Below are positions 1 to 10,021 of a stretch of DNA of 64,000 nucleotides, piece by piece. Numbering within the stretch: the first letter of the stretch is position 1; each line of letters begins with the position of its first letter. The DNA is taken from positions 535,068-599,067 of the forward strand of contig NZ_JAJCVJ010000002.1 in the NCBI RefSeq assembly GCF_020567425.1. The letters are read 5' to 3'. The notes beneath the pieces were generated by a model. The model ran no database searches. It was given only the letters and a program-made list of their open reading frames with translations, and was not told the origin of the DNA. Origin of the DNA: Salinirubrum litoreum (GTDB taxonomy: Archaea > Halobacteriota > Halobacteria > Halobacteriales > Haloferacaceae). The position numbers were made by a program, and so were the translations under genes.

Positions 1-22
1 CGCGGGCGGGCGGCAAGTAATC

Positions 23-541
23 GTGGGGCGTGCCGCGCTGCGGACCGACCCGCCGCGCAGGCGCGGGGTTGAAGCCGGTGTAGCCCAAGTGACTCTCGTG
101 TTCCGGAACGAGCCAGTCCTGCACCCCGAAGACCGCGAGACCGACGAGTCCGGGCCGTGGCTCCCCATCCTCGTCGCCAGTGCGGTCGCGTGGCTCGCGC
201 TGTTCGCACTGGACTATCGACTGCTCTCCGAGGGGACGTTCCTCTGGGCGACGGTCAAGAGTCTCTACACGCTGATCCTCGCGCCGCTCGCGGCCGCTGC
301 ACTCTTACAGGACACCCGCTTCCTCGGCGTCGAAGGAATCGAAGTCGGCCCGGCGAAGTGGGCCTACGCGCTGATCGCGGTGATCGTCCCGCCGATCGGT
401 GCGGTCTACCTCGCCCACCGACACTGGCTCGTGTCGAACTCGCCGGTCGACCTCGACGCGGCGGGCGAGGACGGCACCGACGACGAGTCCGCCGACACGG
501 GCGACGAGACGAAGCCGGCGTCGCCGGACGGAGACGACTGA
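23..541 (+). CDS. hypothetical membrane protein with acidic C-terminal tail
   Basis: ORF with several hydrophobic segments and a D/E-rich C-terminus; no recognisable family. Confidence 0.4.
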   Translation: MGRAALRTDPPRRRGVEAGVAQVTLVFRNEPVLHPEDRETDESGPWLPILVASAVAWLALFALDYRLLSEGTFLWATVKSLYTLILAPLAAAALLQDTRFLGVEGIEVGPAKWAYALIAVIVPPIGAVYLAHRHWLVSNSPVDLDAAGEDGTDDESADTGDETKPASPDGDD

Positions 542-560
542 GAACGGTTCCGGCGGGCGA

Positions 561-1430
561 CTACTCGCCAGAGAACTCCGGCGACCGTTTCTCCATGAAC
601 GCGTAGACACCCTCGGTGTGGTCGTCCGTCTCGAACATCGCCGCCTGTGCGAACGCCTCGTTTGCGACCGCCGCCTCGAGCGACGACTCCGGCCCCTCCC
701 GGAGGAGTCGCTTCGATGTGCGGAGCGCGGCCGTCGGTCCCTCGGCGATGCGGTCGATCACCTCGCGGGCCTCCGCGTCGAACGACTCGGCGTCGTAGAC
801 GTGGTTGACGAGACCCAGTTCCTTCGCACGATCCGGTTCGACCGACTCGCCGGTGAAGACGAGTTCCTTCGCCACGTTGTCGCCGACGATCCGAGGCAGG
901 AGATAGCTCGTCCCGGAGTCGACCGCGAGGCCGACCCGCCGGAAGCCGAACGCCATCTTCGCGTCGCGGCTCATGAGTTGGAGGTCACAGGCGATGGCGA
1001 GGTTCGCACCCGCGCCGAACGCTGGCCCGTCCAACAGGGCGACGGTCGGGAACTCACACTCCGCGAGGCGCTGGACCGACCGACCCGTGTTCTGCGTGAC
1101 GTGCCGGACCGCGTCGTCCAGCGACCAGTCGCCCGACTGGAGTTCCATCATCGCGTTCACGTCGCCGCCGGCACAGAACGCCCCGCCCGCACCGCGAACG
1201 ACGACGCACCTGGTGTCGCCGCCCTCCAGGTCGTCGAGGGCGTCGATCAGGCCCGCTGCCACGTCGGCGGTCAGCGCGTTGCGCATGTCCGGGCGGTTGA
1301 GCGTGAGCGTGACGACGCCGGCGTCGGGGTCGCGGTCCAGCAGGACCGCGCCGTCGCCGTACTCCTCGGTCGCCGGTGGCTCGGTCGCGTCGTCGCCGGC
1401 GTCTGTGGACTGCTCGTCGGAGTCCGCCAT
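561..1430 (-). CDS. enoyl-CoA hydratase/isomerase (crotonase) family protein
   Basis: Crotonase-fold motifs (LNRPDMRNAL, FCAGGD); about 290 aa. Confidence 0.8.
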   Translation of the reverse strand: MADSDEQSTDAGDDATEPPATEEYGDGAVLLDRDPDAGVVTLTLNRPDMRNALTADVAAGLIDALDDLEGGDTRCVVVRGAGGAFCAGGDVNAMMELQSGDWSLDDAVRHVTQNTGRSVQRLAECEFPTVALLDGPAFGAGANLAIACDLQLMSRDAKMAFGFRRVGLAVDSGTSYLLPRIVGDNVAKELVFTGESVEPDRAKELGLVNHVYDAESFDAEAREVIDRIAEGPTAALRTSKRLLREGPESSLEAAVANEAFAQAAMFETDDHTEGVYAFMEKRSPEFSGE

Positions 1431-3020
1431 TCAGTCGTCGCCCTCCTCGCGGGCCCGCAACTCGAACTTCTGGACCTTCCCGGTCGTCGTCCGCGGGAGT
1501 TCGTCGACGAACGCGACCTCGCGGGGGTGTTTGTACTCGGCGAGGTTCGCCAGACAGAACTCTCTGATCTCGTCGGCTGTCACGTCCGCACCCGGCACCG
1601 GCACCACGAAGGCCTTGACGGTCTCGCCGCGTCGGTCGTCCGGAATCCCGACGACTGCGGCGTCGGCGATCGCCTCGTGTTCGAAGAGGAGTTCCTCGAC
1701 CTCGCGCGGGTAGACGTTGTACCCGCCGGTGACGATCATGTGTTTCTCGCGGTCCACGACGTAGTAGTAGCCGTCTTCGTCGTGATAGCCGAGGTCACCG
1801 GTGTGGAACCAGCGGCGGCCGTCCCGTTCGGTGAACACCTCGGCGTTCGCCTCCGGGCGCTCGTGGTAGCCCTGCATCACGTTCGGCCCGCTGACGACGA
1901 TCTCGCCGACCACGTCGTCCAGTTCGGCGTCGTCCTCGGCGAGTGGGCCGCGGTCGACCGGCGGAATCTCCGCGAAGTCGTCGTCCACGACCAGCGAGTG
2001 GACGCCGGGCAGTGGCTTGCCGATACTGCCGACCCGGCGACCCTTCTCGGGGCTGTTGAAGTGCGTGACGGGACTGGTCTCGGTGAGTCCGTACCCTTCG
2101 TAGATGTTCACGTCGTACAACTCCTCGAACCGCCGGAGTACCTCGACGGGGATGCCGGAGCCACCGACACCACAGAGCCGGAGTGACGAGAGATCGAACG
2201 ACTCTGCGTCGGGTTGGTTGATCACGTCGTTGTACATCGCGGGCACGCCGTGCATCAGCGTCAGGTTCTCGGACTCGACGAGTCCCATCGCCTGCTCGGC
2301 GTCCCACGTCGGGAGGGGGTAGTACGCCCCGCCGGAGAAGAGGGTCGCGTTCATCACGACCGTCATCCCGTAGATGTGAAAGAGGGGGAGCACGCCGAGT
2401 TGCTTGTCGTCGGTCCTGACGCCGTCGGGGATGATCGACGCCGACATCTCGGCGTTCGACGCGAGGTTGTCGTGGGTCAGGCGGACGCCCTTCGGTTGCC
2501 CGGTGGTCCCGGAGGTGTACGGCTGAACCGCCACGTCGTCGTCCGCCCGAGCGACCGTCTCGAAGTCGGGGTCGCCGACGAACTCGGAGAACGCGGTGCT
2601 CGTCTCGGCGGCCGCGCCGACCGTCACGACCTCCTCGACTGCGGTGTCCTCGCGGACTGCCTCGACGACCGGCGCGAGGTCCGGGATGGTGACGACGACC
2701 GACGCCTCGCTGTCGGTCAGCAGGTGGGTGATCTCACGAGCCTTGTACTGCGGGTTCATCGGGACGACGACCCCACCCGCTCGCAGGGTCCCGTGGAACG
2801 CGACGACGAACTGCGGGAGGTTCGGCAGGTAGACGCCGACACGGTCCCCCTCGCCGATGCCGTGGTCGGCCAGTCCGGACGCGAACGCGCCGATCTGGCC
2901 CCACAGCTCTCGGTAGGTGAACTCGTGGCCGTCGTAGGCGACCGCCGTCTCGGCCGGGTGCTCGTCGGCCGTCCCGCCGACGTGTGTGACAAGATTTGTC
3001 ATGTGTCCGGCCGGACCCAC
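1431..3020 (-). CDS. AMP-dependent acyl-CoA synthetase / fatty-acid CoA ligase
   Basis: AMP-binding motifs (YTSGTTGQPKGV, GYGLTE, TGD); 529 aa. Confidence 0.85.
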   Translation of the reverse strand: MGPAGHMTNLVTHVGGTADEHPAETAVAYDGHEFTYRELWGQIGAFASGLADHGIGEGDRVGVYLPNLPQFVVAFHGTLRAGGVVVPMNPQYKAREITHLLTDSEASVVVTIPDLAPVVEAVREDTAVEEVVTVGAAAETSTAFSEFVGDPDFETVARADDDVAVQPYTSGTTGQPKGVRLTHDNLASNAEMSASIIPDGVRTDDKQLGVLPLFHIYGMTVVMNATLFSGGAYYPLPTWDAEQAMGLVESENLTLMHGVPAMYNDVINQPDAESFDLSSLRLCGVGGSGIPVEVLRRFEELYDVNIYEGYGLTETSPVTHFNSPEKGRRVGSIGKPLPGVHSLVVDDDFAEIPPVDRGPLAEDDAELDDVVGEIVVSGPNVMQGYHERPEANAEVFTERDGRRWFHTGDLGYHDEDGYYYVVDREKHMIVTGGYNVYPREVEELLFEHEAIADAAVVGIPDDRRGETVKAFVVPVPGADVTADEIREFCLANLAEYKHPREVAFVDELPRTTTGKVQKFELRAREEGDD

Positions 3021-3116
3021 GGCGGCGGGGTGCTAAAGTCTTGGCGCGCCGACGGGTTCACTGTCGCTCGCCGACGGACCGAGCGACAGCGACCGAGGAC
3101 GACACGAGCCGGAGAA

Positions 3117-3407
3117 TCAGACGACCGCTTCTTCGATCTCGATCTGTTGTTCTTCCCACGACCGGCGGTCGGCCAGTTCCCGGCGACCACGCCGCGTGAG
3201 AGTGTAGGAGTTCGTCCGGTCGTCGATGGTGCCCTTCTCGACGAGTCCCTTCTCGACGAGTTCGTCGAGGTTCGGGTAGAGGCGACCGTGGTGGATGTCG
3301 CTCTCGTAATACTCCTCTAACACGTCTTTGATCGCCAGCCCGTGCGGTTCTTCCTGACTCCCCACTGCGTACAGCAGATCGCGCTGGAATGCTGTCAGGT
3401 CGTACAT
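3117..3407 (-). CDS. PadR-like winged-helix transcriptional regulator
   Basis: 96 aa; HG..RLYPNLDELVEKGLV motif typical of the PadR family. Confidence 0.6.
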   Translation of the reverse strand: MYDLTAFQRDLLYAVGSQEEPHGLAIKDVLEEYYESDIHHGRLYPNLDELVEKGLVEKGTIDDRTNSYTLTRRGRRELADRRSWEEQQIEIEEAVV

Positions 3408-3504
3408 AGGTAATCGACCTGTAAGCTCTCGCTGTGGTTAAATCCGTTGGCCGTTCAACGACGAATATTCGGTGAGGGTTGTCGGACGTCGCGTGCCGGG
3501 CCAC

Positions 3505-4167
3505 TCAGAGCAGTCCGAGCAGTGACAGCGACAACGCCACCTGTCCGAGGCCGGCGAGGATCATCACCCCGCCCGCGACACGCTGGATCGACCCGACGTG
3601 TCGGGACAGTCCCCGAAGCGAGTCGCTCCCCACGGCCGCCAGCAGGGTGACACCGAACAGCGGGAGCGCGACCGCCCCGGCGTAGCTCCCGAGCGCGAGG
3701 GCCGCGCCGGCCGCAGAGAGGGTCAGCGACTGGCTCACGACCCCGAGGAACAGCGGGACGACACAGCCCGCGGCGGCGACGGCGTACACCGCCCCGAAGA
3801 CACCGAAGCCGACGACCGACGCCCGGCGTTCCGGGAGCGCGACCCGGAGGTCGGGAGCCCGGCCGAGGACGTACAGCACCCCGAGGGCGACGAGCAGGAG
3901 GCCGATCACCGGTTCGAGGTAGACGACGTTCGCGACCAGTCGCTGGCCGACCGAGACGAGCAGTCCGGCGATCAGGCCGAGGACGAGCAGTGCGCCGACA
4001 CCGGCCGCCGCGCCACGCACCGCTGCGCCGGAGAGACTGGCGTCCTCTTCGCCGAGGTAGTAGCCGACGTAGCCCGGCAGGAGCGGGTACGCGCAGGGCG
4101 CGAAGAAGGTGCCGACGCCGCTGGTGACGGCGAAGGCGACGACCCCCAGCGTGGGCGAGTCGACCAT
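3505..4167 (-). CDS. ccdA: cytochrome c-type biogenesis protein CcdA / DsbD-family thiol-disulfide transporter
   Basis: Polytopic membrane protein with FAPCAYPLLP motif characteristic of CcdA. Confidence 0.75.
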   Translation of the reverse strand: MVDSPTLGVVAFAVTSGVGTFFAPCAYPLLPGYVGYYLGEEDASLSGAAVRGAAAGVGALLVLGLIAGLLVSVGQRLVANVVYLEPVIGLLLVALGVLYVLGRAPDLRVALPERRASVVGFGVFGAVYAVAAAGCVVPLFLGVVSQSLTLSAAGAALALGSYAGAVALPLFGVTLLAAVGSDSLRGLSRHVGSIQRVAGGVMILAGLGQVALSLSLLGLL

Positions 4168-4168
4168 C

Positions 4169-4690
4169 TCACGTCCCGCCCGCGAGTGCCGACTCGATCT
4201 CCTCGCGCAGTCGTGCCTCGCTGGCGACGCCCGAGTGACTCCAGACGATCCGCCCCTCTGCGTCGGTCAACACGAGGTACGGCAGGCCGGTCGACCCGAC
4301 CTGCTGGTGGACGACGCTCGCCGGATCGTGGCCGAGCATCCAGTTACCGTCGTGCTCGCGCCACCAGTCGGCCACGTCCTCGCGGGTCAGGCCGCCGCCG
4401 AACTGCTCGTTCGTCACCGAGACGAACGCCACGTCGTCGCCGTAGTCGTCGTGGACTGGGCGGAGCGAGCGCATCTGTGCTTTACAGGGAAGACACCAGG
4501 TCGCGAAGAGGTCGAGGAGGGTGACGGTGCCCGGGACCGGGAGACGCTGGGTACCCGACTCGGAGCCGGGGGCGTCGATGGTGTCGACGGTGACGCCGAA
4601 GTCACCCGCGTCCCGTCCGAACGCGATCCAGCCGGCACCGCCGGTGAGTGCGAGGCCGCCGGCACCGGCGAGGACCTGCCTCCGGTTCAT
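4169..4690 (-). CDS. TlpA/ResA-like thioredoxin-fold thiol-disulfide oxidoreductase, Tat-secreted
   Basis: WCLPC (CxxC) motif; N-terminal RRQVLAGAGG twin-arginine signal. Confidence 0.75.
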   Translation of the reverse strand: MNRRQVLAGAGGLALTGGAGWIAFGRDAGDFGVTVDTIDAPGSESGTQRLPVPGTVTLLDLFATWCLPCKAQMRSLRPVHDDYGDDVAFVSVTNEQFGGGLTREDVADWWREHDGNWMLGHDPASVVHQQVGSTGLPYLVLTDAEGRIVWSHSGVASEARLREEIESALAGGT

Positions 4691-4828
4691 GTCCGAACGG
4701 TGGGTGTCCGCGAGTAAAAAGCGACCGAAGCTGTGCGCTCCGACTGCCAGACGGTAGTACGATCGTCGAATCTCCGACGCGGGCAGAGCACGGAGTGTGA
4801 CTGTGGGGCGGTCGACGGGCGCGTCGTC

Positions 4829-5485
4829 TCAGCCTCGCGCCTGCTGGATCGCGCTCTCGATGTCTGCGTACTGGTAGCTTCCGAGGTACGAGCCGTTGAC
4901 GAAGACGGCCGGCGTGCCGATCTGCTGGTTGCCGGCCATGTCGATGGCGCGCTGGCGGTCGGCCTCCAGCACGGGCCGGTAGGTGTCGTTGATCGCGGCG
5001 CTCCGGGCGTCACAGCCCGGTGCGCCGACGTCGTCCGCGGCGCTGTCGAGCACGTCCATCGAGTAGTTGCCCTGCTCGGCGAAGACGGCCTTCGTGTACT
5101 CGAAGAACGTCTCGGCGTCCGTGGCGGCGTAGACCGCGCGGGCCGCGCTGGGAACCTTCCACGACCAGCGTTCGTTCACCGGGAGCGGGAGGTCGTGGTG
5201 CTGGTACAGCACGTCGCCGGTGTCCACGAAGTCCGCGCGCACGTCGGGGAAGATCTCGTTGTTGTACGTCGCACAGTGGGGACAGGAGAAGTCCTCGAAC
5301 ACCTGTATCGTCACCGAGGAGTCGGGGTTCCCGAGTGCCGGGTTCTCCTGCTCGGAGACCTGTTCGGGGTTGCCGATGTCACAGTCGCCGGTGTTGGCGT
5401 TGCTTCCGCCGCCGAGGCAGCCGGCGAGGGCGGTCGCCGCACCGGCCGCCACAGCCGAGAGGTACGCGCGTCGTGTGCCCTTCAT
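4829..5485 (-). CDS. DsbA-like thioredoxin-domain lipoprotein
   Basis: CPHC active site; RRAYL Tat motif plus LAGC lipobox. Confidence 0.75.
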   Translation of the reverse strand: MKGTRRAYLSAVAAGAATALAGCLGGGSNANTGDCDIGNPEQVSEQENPALGNPDSSVTIQVFEDFSCPHCATYNNEIFPDVRADFVDTGDVLYQHHDLPLPVNERWSWKVPSAARAVYAATDAETFFEYTKAVFAEQGNYSMDVLDSAADDVGAPGCDARSAAINDTYRPVLEADRQRAIDMAGNQQIGTPAVFVNGSYLGSYQYADIESAIQQARG

Positions 5486-5694
5486 TACGTCGACAGGAGG
5501 GGACAGAGATACTTAGGTACAACGAGTCCGGCGACCCCGTCGCCGGACTCGGCTGTTGTGGCGTCTGCTGGACGGCCGCCGACGTCTACGCCGACGGACT
5601 CGTCTGCGGTCGTAGATACTCGACGACCCCGTCGCATGACTCGTCCGCTGTGAGTGTGGCGGCGGCCGGGGAAGCCGGTCGCCGGAACCGTCGT

Positions 5695-6225
5695 TCAGAC
5701 CAGTCGCTCCCGGCCACCGAACCGCCACCGGAGCTGTCGAAGTGCGATCTCGGCCATCTTGCCGGGCGAGTTCGGCAGGTTGTCGAGTTGTTCGACGATG
5801 CCGAGCGCGTCGGCCAACACCCACGCCTCGGCGATCTTCCCGTCCTCGATGCGGTAGATGCCGAACTGCGGTACCGCGAACCGCCGGCCGGTCGGCGCGA
5901 TCTCGCGGTCGCGGTCGCCCATCCGAAGCGGGCCGACGTTCCGCCCGCTGGCGGTCGTCTGGACCGCGATCCGGTCGCCCGACGCGACCGACTGTTCGAT
6001 CTCGACGGTCACGTCCACGAACCTCCCCTCGCTCTCGCGGGTCTGCTCCACGATCGCCGCTCGGCCCTCGGTGTCCAGCGGCCAGCGTGGCTGGTGGAAG
6101 ACGCAGTCCGCGGTGATCGTCGCCGCCATCGCGTCGGCGTCACCGGCGACGAACGCGGTGAGAAAGTCCGCGACGAGTCGCTCGTCGGCCTGTTCGACGG
6201 TCGTCCCCCCGTCTGGTGCGAGCAC
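5695..6225 (-). CDS. SnoaL-like / NTF2-fold protein
   Basis: About 176 aa with an NTF2-like pattern; weak family-level call. Confidence 0.45.
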   Translation of the reverse strand: MLAPDGGTTVEQADERLVADFLTAFVAGDADAMAATITADCVFHQPRWPLDTEGRAAIVEQTRESEGRFVDVTVEIEQSVASGDRIAVQTTASGRNVGPLRMGDRDREIAPTGRRFAVPQFGIYRIEDGKIAEAWVLADALGIVEQLDNLPNSPGKMAEIALRQLRWRFGGRERLV

Positions 6226-6352
6226 GTCCGGTCACCAACTGTCTGAGTACGACACGTGGTAACATGGCTGTTACGGTGGTGTCGGAACCGTTCGGGTGAT
6301 CACATCGCGTGGCGCAGGTAGACTGAAACCGGTGTGGGCAGACAGTTCCACC

Positions 6353-6685
6353 ATGCCGACAGTCGAGTTTCGCGGGCGAACGATCGAGTGTGAGGAGGGT
6401 GCGACCCTCCGGACCGTCCTCCGTGAGGCGGGCGTCTCCCCGCACAACGGGAGTGCCGACACGATCAACTGCCACGGCTTCGGGACCTGTGGCACCTGCG
6501 CGGTCCGCGTCGAGGGCGAGGTCTCGGCGATGGACGGCGGGGAGCGCCGGCGACTGGACTTCCCGCCACACGACACCGAGTCGGGCCTCCGACTCGCGTG
6601 CCAGACGCAGGTGCTCGGCGACGTGACCGTGACGAAGTATCCGGGGTTCTGGGGCCAGCACACCGACCACGATCCGGTGGAGTGA
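6353..6685 (+). CDS. 2Fe-2S ferredoxin
   Basis: Cluster of Cys (CHGFGTCGTCAV ... LAC) typical of [2Fe-2S] ferredoxins; start taken at MPTVEF. Confidence 0.7.
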   Translation: MPTVEFRGRTIECEEGATLRTVLREAGVSPHNGSADTINCHGFGTCGTCAVRVEGEVSAMDGGERRRLDFPPHDTESGLRLACQTQVLGDVTVTKYPGFWGQHTDHDPVE

Positions 6686-6688
6686 CGC

Positions 6689-7282
6689 CTACAGAAGCCC
6701 GCGAATCCCGACCATCGTGGCGACGACCGCGAGCAACAGCACGGTCTGGAGCAGTCCCCACTGCATCGTCCGTCCGAGCAGCGACTCGACACGCTCGGGG
6801 TCCGGATCGGGCAGCGACAGTTCCGCAGACAGCTTCGTCGTCAGGAGGTGGAGCGGCCCGAAGCCGACCGCGAGCAGGAGCGCAGAGATGCCGAGGGCGG
6901 CCCACAGCCAGATCGTCGGGTCGGCCCAGTAGCCGAACAGTTCGGCCAGCGCGATGCCCGAGGCGACGACGCCGAGGCTCAGCGGTTCGGCGACGACGAG
7001 CAGTTTCGGCACGAGTGCGGCGTTGACCGCCCCGGCGGCCTCGTCGGGGGCGGCCTCCAGCGACGGGCCGAGGACGAACTTGAAGAAGAAGTCCATCCCG
7101 AACCAGAACGCCCCGAGTGCGACGTGGACGTAGAACAGCAGCGACGCGACGCCGGAGAGGTACGCCAAGAGTGGCGCACCGAGCGTCACCGCCACCGCGA
7201 CGCCGGCGAAGCGCCGGTCGGCGGCGTCGAGGACGAGCGAGAGTTCCTCGCGATGTGTGTCAGGTCTGCTGACAGTTGCCAT
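6689..7282 (-). CDS. hypothetical polytopic membrane protein
   Basis: Start chosen at MATVSR; multiple TM helices; no family assignment. Confidence 0.45.
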   Translation of the reverse strand: MATVSRPDTHREELSLVLDAADRRFAGVAVAVTLGAPLLAYLSGVASLLFYVHVALGAFWFGMDFFFKFVLGPSLEAAPDEAAGAVNAALVPKLLVVAEPLSLGVVASGIALAELFGYWADPTIWLWAALGISALLLAVGFGPLHLLTTKLSAELSLPDPDPERVESLLGRTMQWGLLQTVLLLAVVATMVGIRGLL

Positions 7283-7406
7283 GACAGAGTCCGACGACGA
7301 CAGCGTCTTGACTATTCTGGAAAGAATCACCGCCCGGATACCTAAATCATACAACAGTTCGGTGGCCGGTCGTATCGGGGACCGCTGCGCGGCTGTCACG
7401 TCCCGT

Positions 7407-8366
7407 TCAGGGGTCGACGCGCAGGATCCACTTCTCGGGCGTGTCCAGTTCCTCGTCGGTCGGCAGGTTGTCCGGGTGGTCCCAGACACGACTCGCTGCC
7501 TGCACGCCGCGCCGGTCCGCGACCGCCGTGAAGAACGCCGCGCCGCGTTCGTACTGCCGGCGCTTCAGACCGAGACCGAGCGCCCGGCGAATCAGTTGCG
7601 CGAGTGGCCCACCGCCACTGCGCCGGGCGTCGAGTTTCGCCCGGAGGTCGCTGTAGTCGTCGTCGAACGCCCAGTCCATCAGCAGTTCGGCGTACCCCTC
7701 CACGGCCGTCATCGCGGTGTCGAGTTCCCGGAACGCCTGCCGGTCCACGCCGCCGTCGGCGAGTGCCTCGATGCCCTGCTCCATGCGCTGTTCGAGGTGT
7801 GTCGAGAGCCACGGGGCGGCCCCGAACTCGGCGGCGTGGGCCACCTCGTGGAACGCGATCCAGCGCCGGAACCGGGGGTAGTCCACGTCCAGCGAGTCGG
7901 CGACCTTCACGATGTTCGGCCGGACGAAGTAGAGCCCGTGGTCGGCGTCGTCCGCCTCCGCGAGCAAGAGGGGGTCGTACTGGCCGAGGACGTTGTTGGC
8001 GAGAAACGAGAGCATGACCGCCATCGTCCCGGTGTTGAGGACGCGCGTGACGCCCGGCAGGACCGAGACGCCGTGTTCCTCGACGGGTGCCATCACCCGG
8101 CGGAAGGTCCGGACGTTGGCGTCGATCCAGTGGTGGCGGTTCTGCACCTCCACGGTGTCGGGCAGATCGAACTCGACGCCCGCGACCGTCTGCAGGCGGG
8201 TTCTGGCGTCACGCACGTCCGAGGCGAAACCCTCGCGTTCCTCGGCCGAGAGCGTCAGATCGCCCGGATCGGTCGACGACTTGGCGGCCTCGGCGACGGC
8301 GTCCCAGTCGATGACGCCGGTGCCCGAGGCGGTCGTGACCGCCCGGACGCTCCGAAAGAGGTTCAT
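7407..8366 (-). CDS. zinc-dependent metalloprotease (DUF2342-like, HExxH)
   Basis: FHEVAHAAEF HExxH motif; start at the internal MNLFRS is likely. Confidence 0.6.
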   Translation of the reverse strand: MNLFRSVRAVTTASGTGVIDWDAVAEAAKSSTDPGDLTLSAEEREGFASDVRDARTRLQTVAGVEFDLPDTVEVQNRHHWIDANVRTFRRVMAPVEEHGVSVLPGVTRVLNTGTMAVMLSFLANNVLGQYDPLLLAEADDADHGLYFVRPNIVKVADSLDVDYPRFRRWIAFHEVAHAAEFGAAPWLSTHLEQRMEQGIEALADGGVDRQAFRELDTAMTAVEGYAELLMDWAFDDDYSDLRAKLDARRSGGGPLAQLIRRALGLGLKRRQYERGAAFFTAVADRRGVQAASRVWDHPDNLPTDEELDTPEKWILRVDP

Positions 8367-8668
8367 GCACACCTGTCGGGTCCGCCCCGACAAAACACTT
8401 GTTGCGGGTCCTATCACGGGCCGAACTACCGATCCTGTGACGACCTGTCACGCGAAGAGCGTGGAACCCACGTAGTTTTTAATACCCCGGCGTGTAGCTT
8501 CGGGCAACATCGCCCGTGGGTAAGTGCGGATCGGCCGACGTGGTCGGTCTCGCACGCGGGGTCCAGCGACCGACGTGCTGTAAGACGCCGGGGCCGATGG
8601 CCCCCGACTGCGGCTTTGCGTGAGCACACTCCGCCACACGACGTGGCTTTCGATGCTCGGATTCAACA

Positions 8669-10021
8669 ATGGAAATCGAAATCGCAACAATCGGCGGTTA
8701 CGAAGAGGTTGGCCGGCAGATGACGGCCGTTCGCGCGGGCAGCGACGTCGTCATCTTCGACATGGGCCTCAACCTCTCGCAGGTCCTGATCCACGACAAC
8801 GTGGAGACGGAGAAGATGCACAGTCTCGACCTGATCGACATGGGCGCGATCCCGGACGACCGGGTCATGTCCGACCTCGAGGGTGACGTGCAGGCCATCG
8901 TGCCGACGCACGGCCACCTCGACCACATCGGCGCGATCTCGAAACTCGCCCACCGGTACAACGCGCCGGTCGTCGCCACGCCCTTTACCATCGAACTGGT
9001 GAAACAGCAGGTGCAGGGCGAGAACAAGTTCAACGTCGAGAACGACCTGATCAAGATGGACCCCGGCGAGACGATGTCCATCGGCGACTCGGGCAACGTC
9101 GACTTGGAGTTCGTCAACGTCACCCACTCGATCATCGACGCGATCAACCCGGTGCTCCATACGCCGGAGGGGGCCATCGTCTACGGCCTCGACAAGCGGA
9201 TGGACCACACGCCGGTCATCGGCGACCCCATCGACATGAAGCGGTTCCGCGAGATCGGCCGCGAGGGCAACGGCGTCCTCGCGTACATCGAGGACTGTAC
9301 GAACGCCGGCCGCAAGGGTCGGACCCCCTCGGAGTCGGTCGCCCGACGCCACCTGAAGGACGTGATGACCTCGGTGGAGGACTACGACGGCGGCATCGTC
9401 GCCACGACGTTCTCCAGCCACATCGCCCGTGTGAAGAGTCTCGTCGAGTTCGCACAGGACATCGGCCGCCAGCCGGTCCTCCTGGGTCGCTCGATGGAGA
9501 AGTACTCGGGCACCGCAGAGCGCCTGAACTTCGTCGACTTCCCGGACGACCTCGGGATGTACGGCCACCGGAAGTCGGTGGACCGGACGTTCAAGCGGAT
9601 CATGAAGGAGGGCAAGGAGGACTACCTGCCCATCGTCACCGGCCACCAGGGCGAGCCACGCGCGATGCTCACCCGGATGGGCCGCGGCGAGACGCCGTAC
9701 GAACTGGACGACGGCGACAAGGTCATCTTCTCGGCACGGGTCATCCCGGAGCCGACGAACGAGGGCCAGCGCTACCAGTCCGAGAAACTGCTCGGGATGC
9801 AGGGCGCGCGCATCTACGACGACATCCACGTCTCCGGCCACCTGCGCGAGGAGGGCCACTACCAGATGCTCGACGCGCTCCAGCCGAAGAACATCATCCC
9901 GGCGCACCAGAACCTCAAGGGCTTCGCGCCGTACGTCGACCTCTGCCGGAGCGAGGGCTACTCGCTGGGCCGTGACCTCCACGTCACGCAGAACGGCAAC
10001 ATGATCCAACTGGTGGAGTGA
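8669..10021 (+). CDS. rnj: ribonuclease J (metallo-beta-lactamase / beta-CASP)
   Basis: 450 aa; HGHLDH motif; archaeal RNase J length and N-terminus. Confidence 0.8.
   Translation: MEIEIATIGGYEEVGRQMTAVRAGSDVVIFDMGLNLSQVLIHDNVETEKMHSLDLIDMGAIPDDRVMSDLEGDVQAIVPTHGHLDHIGAISKLAHRYNAPVVATPFTIELVKQQVQGENKFNVENDLIKMDPGETMSIGDSGNVDLEFVNVTHSIIDAINPVLHTPEGAIVYGLDKRMDHTPVIGDPIDMKRFREIGREGNGVLAYIEDCTNAGRKGRTPSESVARRHLKDVMTSVEDYDGGIVATTFSSHIARVKSLVEFAQDIGRQPVLLGRSMEKYSGTAERLNFVDFPDDLGMYGHRKSVDRTFKRIMKEGKEDYLPIVTGHQGEPRAMLTRMGRGETPYELDDGDKVIFSARVIPEPTNEGQRYQSEKLLGMQGARIYDDIHVSGHLREEGHYQMLDALQPKNIIPAHQNLKGFAPYVDLCRSEGYSLGRDLHVTQNGNMIQLVE

Noticed and set aside
399-2186. 595-aa plus-strand ORF, with similar long shadow ORFs at 5020-6246, 8663-10069(-), 13846-15426(-), 15162-16397, 38680-40407, 43680-45107(-), 44978-46810(-), 49775-50734, 52723-54540(-) and 62405-63523(-)
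   Set aside because: All are Arg/Gly/Ala-rich low-complexity translations antisense to, or frame-shifted from, genes with clear family signatures. This is typical of 68% GC sequence.
8367-8668. About 300-bp divergent intergenic region between the metalloprotease and RNase J, with an imperfect hairpin (cccacg...cgtggg)
   Set aside because: No repeat, conserved motif or ORF could be supported by eye. It is probably ordinary divergent promoter DNA.
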